A stretch of 64,000 bases of DNA from Oligoflexales bacterium (lineage in GTDB: Bacteria; Bdellovibrionota_B; Oligoflexia; Oligoflexales; Bog-1112): contig JBGCEP010000026.1 in assembly GCA_045106415.1 (NCBI GenBank), positions 1-64,000 of the forward strand, in the 5' to 3' direction. Shown piece after piece: positions 28,090-38,019 of this stretch (position 1 is its first letter; each line of letters starts with the position of its first letter). The position numbers and the translations under genes are program-made. The notes beneath the pieces were generated by a model. The model saw only the letters and a program-made list of their open reading frames with translations. It made no database searches and was not told the DNA's origin.

Positions 28090-31000
28090 TTAAGGTGTAG
28101 GAGCAGTACAACGAAAACCTCTATCTGAACCAGTATTTGAAGATGATGAATAAATATTTGCAGTGAAGATTCCGGCTCTTGAGTCATAGCCGTAATATCC
28201 TCCTCGCTTCATTGCGCCTCCAAACCCATTTGATCCTGGGTAATAATCTCCAACACCTTGTGACGTACCCCAGCTGTCATTCCAAAAACTTTTTTGAGAA
28301 TTTCGAGGCACCAAGTCAGTGACGAGCCAATTTATACCATCGCTTAATGAATCAGAGTATAGTCTGATTGCATTTCCTGCATTTGCTTTTCCATTGCTTT
28401 CAAATGTGCTTGTCCACGCCCAAATATTTCCTGACATATCCCACACAACTTCTCCCGTCGAAAGTTTGTGAGTTCTTCTTTGTAAGTCCCATGTAGATGC
28501 GTCACAAGTTTCTTCTGTCCCAAAACAAGGATCATTATCGTTAGTGCTCCCTGCTAAACTGTTAGCCGGTGAATTATCACTATGTCCACGATTTAGCATT
28601 CCACTTCCTACAGACCCTCCACTCCAATTTTCGGCAACATTTGCCATATTTGAAGTCACAGTCATCCATTCATCATTTGTAATGAGACGATAATTAGTAC
28701 CTATAGAGGCACATTCTGTTATAGAGTCGGCTTGAGAAATATTTACCCAAGGGCTACCAGCCGCGTTGGATTCAGGCGACCCAGAAACATTCTTTGCTTC
28801 AAATTTCATGATGCAAAAATTTGATGTGCCATAATCAGCATCTCCTGGTATACCTACCCAGGTTCCTCCGCTGAGAGTTGAACAGTCAATAAACCCTATA
28901 AAACCATCGCCATTTTCGATAGAGCTTGTATTTCCAGCGTTGTCTAGAGCTCGTATATTGGCATAATATGTTGTCCCTACTACCAGTGTGAGGCTTGTGA
29001 TAGATGTTGTGAGGACATTACTGATATTAGTCCAATTTTTTATATCTGTTGCCCCAGATGAAGTTCCTATAGATACTTCGTATGACGCAAGTCCGGATCC
29101 ATCGTCTGTGCTTGCTGCCCATGTCATATCTGCTGATTTAGTAAGGCCTTTAGAATTCACGCCATCAACAAAAGAACTCGGAGTTGTAGGAGGAATATTG
29201 TCGTGAATAATAGTGTCATTTATACAGTTTGTTGTATTGCCAGTGGAGTCTTTAAATTTAGCGTAAACTGATGCTGTTGAATTTGTTTGACTAAGCGACC
29301 AGCTAGCTTTAGCTGTTGCGTAGGACTCCCATGAACCACCTGAGGAACATCCCGAAGTATTTGTTATATACATATCACTTGCTGATCCTGCGTTGAGTGA
29401 TAGAGTAATTGCAGAGCTTGTTGTGTAGCTTGAACCACTTGATATTGTAATTGATGGACTTGTTGGGGCTATATTATCATGGGTGATGGTATCATTTATA
29501 CAAGAAGAAATGTTTCCAGTTTCATCTTTAAATTTCACATAAACAGTTGCTGTTGCATTTGTTTGCCCTAAAGTCCAACTTGCTTTTGAAGTTGCGTAAT
29601 TTTCCCATACACCATCCACGCTACAACCAGAAGTGTTCGTGATATACATCTCACTTGCACCTGTTGCAGCAAGAGTTAAATCCGGAGTTGAATCTGATGT
29701 ATGAGTCCCACCGTCAATGACAAGGCTTGTCGAAGTTGGCACGTTATCATCATGAATAATCGTATCGTTTACGCAAGCTGACGTATTGCCTGCTTCATCT
29801 TTAAATTTCACATAAACAGTTGCCGTACTATCTGACTGCCCTAGGCTCCAACTTGTTTTTGAAGTTGCATAACTTTCCCATGCCCCATCCGCATTACAAC
29901 CAGAAGTATTCGTAATGTACATCTCACTTGCACCTGTTGCAGCAAGAGTTAAATCCGGAGTTGAATCTGATGTATGAGTCCCACCGTCAATGACAAGGCT
30001 TGTCGAAGTTGGCGCGTTATCATCATGAATAATCGTGTCATTAACACAATTTCCTTCAGTGCCGGCTGCATTACGAAATTTCACATATACCGTTGCTGTT
30101 GCATTTGTTTGTCCTAAAATCCAACCTGCTTTCGTGGTTGAATAATTTGACCAAACCCCATCCGCGCTACAACCTGAAGTATTTGTAATATACATTTCAG
30201 CTGCACCTGTTGCTGTGAGGGTCAGGTCTGCTGTTGTGTTGGGTGTATGAGTATGACCAATAATAGCAATAGATTCACTTGATGGAGCTGTAGAATCATG
30301 AATAATTGTGTCGCTCACACAAGAACTTTCATTACCTGCGTTATCTTTATATTTCACATATACTGTTGCTGTTGCATCAGTTTGCCCTAAAGACCAATTG
30401 CCCTTTGATGTACCATAGTTTTCCCAAGTCCCACCTGTTGAACACCCTGGAGTATTCGTTATATACATCTCGTCTGCGCCTACAGAAAAGAGAGTTAATT
30501 CTGGAGTTGTGTCTGCTGTATGAGTCCCACCATCAATTGTGATTGTCTCACTTGAGGGTGCAATATCATCATGAACAATCGTATCGTTCACACAAGATGA
30601 CATATTGCCTGCCTCATCTTTAAATTTCGCATAAATAGTCACTGTTGCATTTGTTTGCCCTGAAGACCATGCGGTTTTGGATGTTGCATAATTTTCCCAG
30701 GATCCACCTGTGATGCATCCAGGAGTATTGGTGATGTACATCTCACTAGCATCAGTTGCAATGAGAGTGAAATCTGTTGTTGGATTATTTGTATGATCTC
30801 CACCTGTAATTAAAATTGAACCTACAGGTGCTGTTGAATCATGAATAATTGTATCGTTCACACAAGAACTTTCATTACCAGAATCGTCTTTGTATTTCAC
30901 GTAAACAGTTGCTGTTGCATTTGTTTGCTCTAAAGACCATTCGGTTTTGGATGTTGCGTAATTTTCCCAGGATCCACCTGTGATGCATCCAGGAGTATTG

Positions 31001-32262
31001 GTGATGTACATATGGGTGGCACCAAATGCGGATAAAACGAGGTTGGGTGCTGAGTTTGATGTGTGATCCCCATTATGAATAACTACAGAATGAAGATTAG
31101 GTGCTTCTGTATCTACAGTAAGGTCTATCAGACTTCTGCACTCACCTAATGATTCATATTTAGATGTAACTTGAGCATAAAAGGTGTGTGATCCATTCGA
31201 TATATTTTGTAATTCAATTTTCACATTCCCATCTTGTTTTGTTAGCTGTGTTGAAAGAGGTGTTCCTGAGCAATTTTTATTTGAGTAAATAGATAAATCA
31301 GCGTCTTTATGTAAGGGACCGGCATCAATTTTTGGAGCTGAAGATACAGTAGTGTTGATCGTATCTAATTGCACATTTTTAAGTCTAGGTGGTCCTGGTA
31401 TAAATTTCCCAAAAATATTTGAAGAAGTAAAACATAGTTTGTTATCTAATAAAGTTGCATTTAAATGAGATACATTTTTATCTGTGGAAACTTGAGTAAC
31501 GGTATGGATATCATTTTCTGTATGGAAGCAAATATGAGCTGTGATAGGTGAGGGTAAGTTTGACAATAAATCAATATCTTCAAGCCAATTAACTTCAATA
31601 GCACCAATAATAGATAGACTATCTGAAAACTTGACATGATCAGAGATTATTTTATTTATCGCTGGGTCGTTCATGGTTTGAATGTCTAGTGTTCCCAATG
31701 GTGTTTTTTTATTGAGAGTTGATAAATCTATCTGTATTGATTTATCAGAATTTTCGCTGTTCAATTTTTTAGATTCAAGCACGGTATCAACAATTTTAAA
31801 TTGGCCTGAAACAATTCGAGTTAATGTGCAAACTTCAGAGTTTTTTACAATACCTTTTTCTTGTGTCACGATTTGATTGAATGTGGATGTGATTTGAATA
31901 TCTTTGAGGTTAGGATCACTCACTGTATTAATGCAAATTTCAATATCTTTTTCTGCTACAGGTGTTTTGTCTCTATCCTCTGTAGCAATAAATAAAGTAT
32001 TTATATTTAGTCCTTCTCCAGATTCTAGAGTCGTCACTTCTGTGACGACTGTTTTTTTATAAGATCCTTCGGAGACTATTATAGATCCACTACTTAGTTT
32101 AATAATTGAAGGTTCTTCAGGTACAACAACAGCTCGAGTTGTATTTGAAATTGAAGAACTTATATCAACATTAGATAAAGCGCTACGATCGGAGAGCTTC
32201 TCTGACCCTTCGCAAGAAATAATGAAGAAATATAGGATGTGCAGCATGAATAAATGATTCAT
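28090..32262 (-). CDS. Giant surface lipoprotein: 7 Ig-like ~91-aa repeats, FnIII-like domain, C-terminal FGE-like/C-type lectin-fold domain
   Basis: FIISC lipobox; 7 MYITNT-GC repeats; FCIMKFEAK, PWVNISQ, LITNDEW, DMSGNIWAW, RGG...GFRC. Confidence 0.88.
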   Translation of the reverse strand: MNHLFMLHILYFFIISCEGSEKLSDRSALSNVDISSSISNTTRAVVVPEEPSIIKLSSGSIIVSEGSYKKTVVTEVTTLESGEGLNINTLFIATEDRDKTPVAEKDIEICINTVSDPNLKDIQITSTFNQIVTQEKGIVKNSEVCTLTRIVSGQFKIVDTVLESKKLNSENSDKSIQIDLSTLNKKTPLGTLDIQTMNDPAINKIISDHVKFSDSLSIIGAIEVNWLEDIDLLSNLPSPITAHICFHTENDIHTVTQVSTDKNVSHLNATLLDNKLCFTSSNIFGKFIPGPPRLKNVQLDTINTTVSSAPKIDAGPLHKDADLSIYSNKNCSGTPLSTQLTKQDGNVKIELQNISNGSHTFYAQVTSKYESLGECRSLIDLTVDTEAPNLHSVVIHNGDHTSNSAPNLVLSAFGATHMYITNTPGCITGGSWENYATSKTEWSLEQTNATATVYVKYKDDSGNESSCVNDTIIHDSTAPVGSILITGGDHTNNPTTDFTLIATDASEMYITNTPGCITGGSWENYATSKTAWSSGQTNATVTIYAKFKDEAGNMSSCVNDTIVHDDIAPSSETITIDGGTHTADTTPELTLFSVGADEMYITNTPGCSTGGTWENYGTSKGNWSLGQTDATATVYVKYKDNAGNESSCVSDTIIHDSTAPSSESIAIIGHTHTPNTTADLTLTATGAAEMYITNTSGCSADGVWSNYSTTKAGWILGQTNATATVYVKFRNAAGTEGNCVNDTIIHDDNAPTSTSLVIDGGTHTSDSTPDLTLAATGASEMYITNTSGCNADGAWESYATSKTSWSLGQSDSTATVYVKFKDEAGNTSACVNDTIIHDDNVPTSTSLVIDGGTHTSDSTPDLTLAATGASEMYITNTSGCSVDGVWENYATSKASWTLGQTNATATVYVKFKDETGNISSCINDTITHDNIAPTSPSITISSGSSYTTSSAITLSLNAGSASDMYITNTSGCSSGGSWESYATAKASWSLSQTNSTASVYAKFKDSTGNTTNCINDTIIHDNIPPTTPSSFVDGVNSKGLTKSADMTWAASTDDGSGLASYEVSIGTSSGATDIKNWTNISNVLTTSITSLTLVVGTTYYANIRALDNAGNTSSIENGDGFIGFIDCSTLSGGTWVGIPGDADYGTSNFCIMKFEAKNVSGSPESNAAGSPWVNISQADSITECASIGTNYRLITNDEWMTVTSNMANVAENWSGGSVGSGMLNRGHSDNSPANSLAGSTNDNDPCFGTEETCDASTWDLQRRTHKLSTGEVVWDMSGNIWAWTSTFESNGKANAGNAIRLYSDSLSDGINWLVTDLVPRNSQKSFWNDSWGTSQGVGDYYPGSNGFGGAMKRGGYYGYDSRAGIFTANIYSSSSNTGSDRGFRCTAPTP
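29200..31110 (-). repeat. Intragenic tandem array of 270-273-bp units
   Basis: Near-identical blocks at 29645-29763 vs 29918-30036 (offset 273) and ~30692-30741 vs ~30962-31011 (offset 270). Confidence 0.9.
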
Positions 32263-32721
32263 TATTTAAACCTCCTTAACAATGACCACATATCGACAGT
32301 TCTGCACAATAAATTAAAATAAAAATGAAACAATTTATTTTTGTGTTAATTTTAGTAAATACCTCAATTTTTTAAGTTACTTAATGGTTTGTTCAGTTCT
32401 TGTTTTTGACGATTTGAGAAATATCTTCTCTTTATTATTGTCTGATCTGGGTCCATTTTGACCTCTCCTAGTTATTGGAGGTGTCTAGGCCAAATGGGGG
32501 TCACGTTCAGGTTTTGTATTGGTGATTTGATGTGAGAATATACAGTATTTAAAAATGATAAAAACATCAGATTTATATCTAGAGATTCGCGTTAAGTACT
32601 TGTTTTAAAAAAACAAACGATTTATTAGCGATGTCACAATTATAAAAAAGCTCATTTCTCAAGAGTAATGACCGTACAGTTATATGTCGTTCGTATAAAA
32701 ATAAAGAGAATGAGGTGTTTT

Positions 32722-33177
32722 ATGATTAACGATAACCAAAAATTTATTTGTGATAGCATTATTGAGAAAGAATCTGATGAATCTTCTCGTTTTCTTAAAA
32801 TGATTTTATTGGATGATGACCCAATTTTCTGCCACATTTTAGAAAGACATACTAGAAAAAGAGGTATTTGGTTGGATGTTTGTTTAAATGTAGAAGAATT
32901 TGCAGAGAAAATTTCATCCGATGATTATGATTTGGCTATACTTGATTATGATTTAGAAAATTATAATGGGTTACAAATAGCAAACGCATTAGGTCAGCTC
33001 CGTTCTATGATTATTAGCCGCAAAAGTCAGTGGCAAAAAAATGATTATGAATGGTCTGCAAGTATTCAAACTTTTGTACATAAAAAATATGGTGCAGACT
33101 ATATTTTAGATGTGGCGATAAATCTTGGGACAAAAAATATAGGGGAGGCATCCGATGGGCCACATACTGATTGCTGA
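32722..33177 (+). CDS. Single-domain receiver protein (divergent)
   Basis: ILLDDD, AILDYD; start at the ATG after GAGGTG. Confidence 0.75.
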   Translation: MINDNQKFICDSIIEKESDESSRFLKMILLDDDPIFCHILERHTRKRGIWLDVCLNVEEFAEKISSDDYDLAILDYDLENYNGLQIANALGQLRSMIISRKSQWQKNDYEWSASIQTFVHKKYGADYILDVAINLGTKNIGEASDGPHTDC

Positions 33178-33862
33178 TGATGTCAAAGAAATGCGAGATC
33201 TATTAGTTCAAATTGTTGAAGCGTTGGGTTATGAGGCGCTTACAGCAGAGAGTGGGCAGTCTGTTTTAATGCAATTGGAAGCTGAAGAGACTGATGTTGA
33301 TCTAGTCCTTTTAGATATTGGGATGCCGGGTTTAAATGGTATTCAAGTTACAAAAAAAATTAAAGAAAACTACCCTGATATTAAAATATGTTTTGTTTCA
33401 GGTAGTAAAGATAAGACAATGGTTGCAAGTGCTATCCAAGCAGGAGGCCATGATTATGTTGTTAAACCTGTCGACATTGTCATTCTTCGCCAGAAGATAG
33501 AAAAATTACTAGGCCGTAGCCAGGAAGATCAATTTTTAAGTGTTGAAGCGTATTTAAAAGCTGCTTTACCAAAATTTCCAATGGATATACCTCTTGTTGT
33601 TATCGAAATATCAGAAGTGGGCTTTAAGCTTCAAAGCCCACTTCCATTTCAGAAAGAAGGTCGTTTAGAAATAGCGATTCCTAAAATACAAAACAAGTTA
33701 GCAGAAGAACAACTTTTACCGTGTCAGGTGGATGAAGTTCATCAAGAAAAAGAAAGTGGGCTTTATATTCATGTTTGTTCTTTCTATGGAATACACGAAG
33801 CTGTGCGAACAGTGATTCGGTCTATGACGTTGCAAGGTAAAAAAATATTAGATGATGATTGA
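33155..33862 (+). CDS. Response regulator: receiver + PilZ-like C-terminal domain
   Basis: ILIADD, LLDIGMP, KP; C-terminal EISEVG resembles the PilZ D/NxSxxG motif. Confidence 0.8.
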   Translation: MGHILIADDVKEMRDLLVQIVEALGYEALTAESGQSVLMQLEAEETDVDLVLLDIGMPGLNGIQVTKKIKENYPDIKICFVSGSKDKTMVASAIQAGGHDYVVKPVDIVILRQKIEKLLGRSQEDQFLSVEAYLKAALPKFPMDIPLVVIEISEVGFKLQSPLPFQKEGRLEIAIPKIQNKLAEEQLLPCQVDEVHQEKESGLYIHVCSFYGIHEAVRTVIRSMTLQGKKILDDD

Positions 33863-33907
33863 AATTCATCATTTTTTACTTCATGTAAAAAATTTTTATA
33901 TAAATAA

Positions 33908-33939
33908 AAAAGCAAGACTGTTTTTACAGCCTTGCTTTT
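33908..33939. terminator. Bidirectional-type intrinsic terminator
   Basis: AAAAGCAAGACTGT-TTTT-ACAGCCTTGCTTTT hairpin. Confidence 0.75.
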
Positions 33940-34388
33940 AAAATTTAGGTCTGATGGCCATAGAGTGATCTTTATAGAGATTTCTAACTAGTTTGATAAT
34001 CTTAGGTAATTTGATTGTGTTTATCACTGTTTATAGATTTTTTAATACTAGATCGAATTTTTATTTTTCCCTGACGATTAAAGGATCAGGTGAATCAATT
34101 CTACAGAATTTATGACATTTTTCTCTTAAATCTGTATGAATGATTTTAAGGGCATTAAAATTTTTACCATCAAGAGTATGTGACCTAAGAGTCTGTCTAG
34201 AGAATAGTTCTGTGTATGATAGTTCGAGCTCTATGAACATTATTTCTTCTGAGAATAAAGATGTGGTTGAAATTACGTGGGTTTTGGATGCTGTGGAAGA
34301 AGAGTAATTTTCAAAATTATATTTTTGTAATATTTAACATATGTTTTAAACTGTGCTCGTCATATGAAAATGATAAATTGTTAGCATG

Positions 34389-35615
34389 TGAGCACCCTTA
34401 ATTTTTCGGACTCCTTTTCAACATAGTTTCCGGCGCGGGAAATAGCCCTAAGAGGTGAGTCATAATGTAATCAGACCAACGGAAAAAGAGCATAATATTT
34501 CTCTAAAAATTTAAGAAAGATGCGATCCATCTTGTCATTGAGACGGAGGCAGGCAATCAAAAAAATAGATGAAAATATTTGCGTTGGAAATAAGTTTTTT
34601 AGGACATAGTGGGTAAAAGCTGAAAGCAAGCGCAAACAAACATAGCTACGTACAATGTAGCCATGTTTCTCAAAGAGCTTGAAGCAGAGGTCTAGCTGCT
34701 TAAATTAGATCGAGAAATCTTAAAAAAATATGGCGTACATCATTCTCGTCTAAGAATGACGTGTATTTTCATATTTGATTACTGTCAAAATGGATAAATA
34801 CAGTTGTATGTAAAACTCTAAAGGCTTCAAAAAGAGTTTGTTATCATTGATAAATTTTGGTTTTAATCAAGGTGAACTGAACCGAACTAAAATAGAATGA
34901 TTGATAAGGTTTTTGAAAATTTTCGTTTTTATAAATAAATACGAGCTATGAGCATATGCATCATGAAAGAAAAAAATGAAAGGGTTATGAGAGAAAATAA
35001 TCTTCGGACAAAGAAAAGGCGACGATTTGTCAAAACAACTGACCCCCCTCATAAAATACCTCTATGATCCAATCTTGTGCAAAAAAATCGACCAAGGAGC
35101 TCCAAAAAATTTTCTTGTCTGGGATCACAGATATTCCAACGAAGTCTGACTGGATATACTTAGCTTTTATTATGGATGCTCATGCTAGAAAAATCGCTGG
35201 CTGGGACCTCAAAAAGCATATGAAGAAAAGTCTAATGATAGGAGCCTTTAGGCTAGTTCTGTGTGGTTTTTAACATAAACCACATGAGGTTGCTCGTCAT
35301 TCTGGCTGTTGTTATCAATACGCATAAGCTCTGTTTATCGTAGAATTTAAAAAAACATGAGCTGAAATAGAGTATGAATGGAGAAGGTGATTGTTGAAGT
35401 AACGTCTCAGTGGAAAGTTATTAAAATAGCGCATGTCTCATAGAAAATTTGAGAATCTAGCCAGAACACAATTATCAATATTTGAATGGATTGAAATTTT
35501 CTATAGAAGACAGCGTCTTCACTTATTTTTAGGGTATAAAATTCAGCTTTATTGAACTTAATATAGATGGAAAAAATTGCTTAAATGGAGTGTCAGAAAA
35601 AAGAGTGAAAAATCA
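34389..35615 (+). mobile_element. Degenerate IS3-family insertion sequence (transposase pseudogene)
   Basis: TG...CA ends with imperfect IRs (TGAGCACCCTTAATTTTTCGGACTCC / GGAGTGTCAGAAAAAAGAGTGAAAAATCA), ~1.23 kb; broken peptides KFKKDAIHLV, DREILKK, ITDIPT..WIYLAFIMDAHARKIAGW, SM.GEGDC*SN..VES, IFEWIEIFY.RQRLH..LGY. Confidence 0.85.
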
Positions 35616-35703
35616 CTACCTTCGTTGAAGCAAAAATTTTATTGTAAATCTACGCAGGTAGAATTAAGTAAATTCACCGCAGCGGTGGCGTCTAAGGTCA
35701 TAC

Positions 35704-35740
35704 AAAAAACCCCTTGTAACTCATAGTTTTACAAGGGGTT
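35704..35740 (-). terminator. Intrinsic terminator of the three-gene operon
   Basis: AACCCCTTGTAA...TTACAAGGGGTT stem followed by a U-run on the minus strand. Confidence 0.8.
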
Positions 35741-35764
35741 CCTCCTTAGGTGGATGTAGAGCTT

Positions 35765-37213
35765 TTATCCAGCAGCGGGAGCAGCTTCTTCTACACCCTC
35801 ATCAACAAAGACATACTCAGAGTCGTTTGCGTTAAATTCAGCATTTGATATTGGGGAATCAGGGTAAAATTTAGCGATATCGATTTTCCCTTCATGAAAC
35901 TTTTGAAAGTTTGCAACAAGAACTGATGCGCAAGCTTCAGGGCTTGTGCTTACTTTGTTTGCTGCGTTATCGACAGAGCCACCTCCATCAGACTTAAAAG
36001 CTCCAATTTGGTTTCTTGCAAATTTAGGGCGGCCTGCTGGATCTGCGCAAAACGCCATAGCAGCACTACGTTGACCTGAGTCAGCTCGGAAAGCTAGTTT
36101 ATTTACTGTACCGTCAGACTCTGCGTTATTTCCTGCTGCAACACCACCGTCAGTTGTGATTGTCACCATAATTTTTCTGTTTTCGAGAAGAGCCAATCTT
36201 AATGCCCGACCGACTGCTTCACCAACTTCGACGTTTTTTGCGTGGGTTGATGTCACGCCTCGATTGTGATAATCACCACCGCCAATTTCAAACGCTGCAG
36301 CTCCAGCCGTTCCTGAAACAACAGACCAAGCAAGAGCAGCATCTTGACTCGTAGCGTCGGTAAACGCTGTTGCAACATTAGCGCTTGGTTGAACGCTAGA
36401 AGCATCTGCAGAAAAGAGTGCTTGTGAATCAACGTGACCACACCGAATTAATTCTTCAAGTTGTTTATCAGGTGCTAGCATTAAAAACTTTTTCAGCTGT
36501 GTTTCACTGAGATTTTGAATCGCCTTTAAAAGTTTATCGCGCCCAGCAGCTCCAAATCGAGTTGTTAAAGGTCCTGGTGTAACAAGTCCTGTTAAGTCAT
36601 TAGCGGAGCTGACAATAACTGGAGCAGCGCCAAGTTGAAAAGGAGAATTATGGCGTCCACCTGAAGCTTTATTTCTTGCACCAGTAAGAGATGTGTATCG
36701 ACCTTGAGAAACCATTGCCATACCTGGAGCAACACCTAATAAGTTATTGCCGCTGTCATCGTCGGATACAGTGCAAACAATAGCTGAGTTGACCTTAGCC
36801 ATGAGCAGAGGGTCGTTACCCATCCCTGCTTTTAAACCTTGTAAAAGAGGGCTGTTGACGTGCATCTCTAGACCAAAAGTACTGTCAATAAACGCCGCGT
36901 TTGAAGGGTGCAGTTCATCTGGAAGACCTAATGCAGAATAACTTGTGAGGAGCTCTCCTGCAGTTGTGCGAACAACGACATCATTACCTGCTAGGTTAAT
37001 TCCACCAGAGGCATCAATAGCGTATGCTGCTGCACCAGCAAGGTTTGCTCCTCCTTCAGATGCACAAGCTCCGTAGAGTTGTTCTGTTCTTAAAAGAGCA
37101 TATAAACTTGGTAAAGCTGCAGCTCCAACACCTGTTATAAAACCGTGTGATAAAAAATCTCGTCTTGTTTTGAGAATGTGACCATTATATTTTACTTTTT
37201 TAAATCGAGACAT
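35765..37213 (-). CDS. Tat-exported DUF1501/DUF1552-like protein of unknown function
   Basis: TRRDFL twin-arginine motif + hydrophobic helix; IDASGG, GGGDYH, TTDGG motifs; RBS AAGGAG before MSRFKK. Confidence 0.7.
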   Translation of the reverse strand: MSRFKKVKYNGHILKTRRDFLSHGFITGVGAAALPSLYALLRTEQLYGACASEGGANLAGAAAYAIDASGGINLAGNDVVVRTTAGELLTSYSALGLPDELHPSNAAFIDSTFGLEMHVNSPLLQGLKAGMGNDPLLMAKVNSAIVCTVSDDDSGNNLLGVAPGMAMVSQGRYTSLTGARNKASGGRHNSPFQLGAAPVIVSSANDLTGLVTPGPLTTRFGAAGRDKLLKAIQNLSETQLKKFLMLAPDKQLEELIRCGHVDSQALFSADASSVQPSANVATAFTDATSQDAALAWSVVSGTAGAAAFEIGGGDYHNRGVTSTHAKNVEVGEAVGRALRLALLENRKIMVTITTDGGVAAGNNAESDGTVNKLAFRADSGQRSAAMAFCADPAGRPKFARNQIGAFKSDGGGSVDNAANKVSTSPEACASVLVANFQKFHEGKIDIAKFYPDSPISNAEFNANDSEYVFVDEGVEEAAPAAG

Positions 37214-37238
37214 AAACTCTCCTTTCTGCTGTTGGTTC

Positions 37239-38000
37239 TTATTGTTCAAACAGTACGTCAGTTGAAGACATCACCTGAACCAGAAGAGCAATACTGATGT
37301 CTGTGGTTGAAATGTTATCCGCAAGTAAACCTGTAACAAGTTCGTTCATTGCTTTTTCTTGTTCTGCTTGGTCGATAACTGTTCCTCGGCCAACTTCACT
37401 AAGGATGCTTTTGAAGATTGTTGATCTTCCGGCTGTACTATAGACAGTAGCTGCTGCCCCGGTGAGATCTGTTGTTCCGAAAAAACGAGCACGGATTGTT
37501 GCGTCAGCAACAATTTGTTCTGCAAGTGAGTGTGCGAGTTTAATGACAGCTTGCTGAACTGTTCCACCAAACTCAGCTGGGCTAAAACCTCTTGGGAGCA
37601 GAGAATTTACACTTGCAAGAACAGCTGCTGTTGGCGCAGGCCATGTTGTAAATCCAGAAACACTTAAAAGAGTGCTTTCAATGCCCCGGAAGTTGCGAAG
37701 CATCATACCTGAGGGTATGTCTTCTACAGCAGCTCCTAAGTCGGCATCTGGGTCAAACGGACCGCTGGGAATGTCAGCTGTATCTTCGCCTCCATCACCG
37801 TTTCCATTTTTTCCGTTTGATTTAGAGCTGTTAGATCCTTTGGTTTTTGAGTCGTATTCTAAATCACTACCTTGGCCAATAGAACCAGATTTTTGTGCGG
37901 CTGTACCTGCTCCACTTCCCGATCTATGGTCAGCGGAGTCACAACCCCAAAAACCAAGAGAGGCAAGTAGAATGATATGGAACCCTTTTTTCATTAACAT
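37239..38000 (-). CDS. Lipoprotein with G/S-rich linker and helical C-terminal domain
   Basis: LGFWGC lipobox; middle gene of the operon. Confidence 0.75.
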   Translation of the reverse strand: MLMKKGFHIILLASLGFWGCDSADHRSGSGAGTAAQKSGSIGQGSDLEYDSKTKGSNSSKSNGKNGNGDGGEDTADIPSGPFDPDADLGAAVEDIPSGMMLRNFRGIESTLLSVSGFTTWPAPTAAVLASVNSLLPRGFSPAEFGGTVQQAVIKLAHSLAEQIVADATIRARFFGTTDLTGAAATVYSTAGRSTIFKSILSEVGRGTVIDQAEQEKAMNELVTGLLADNISTTDISIALLVQVMSSTDVLFEQ

Positions 38001-38019
38001 AATTATTCCTCTCTTTAAT

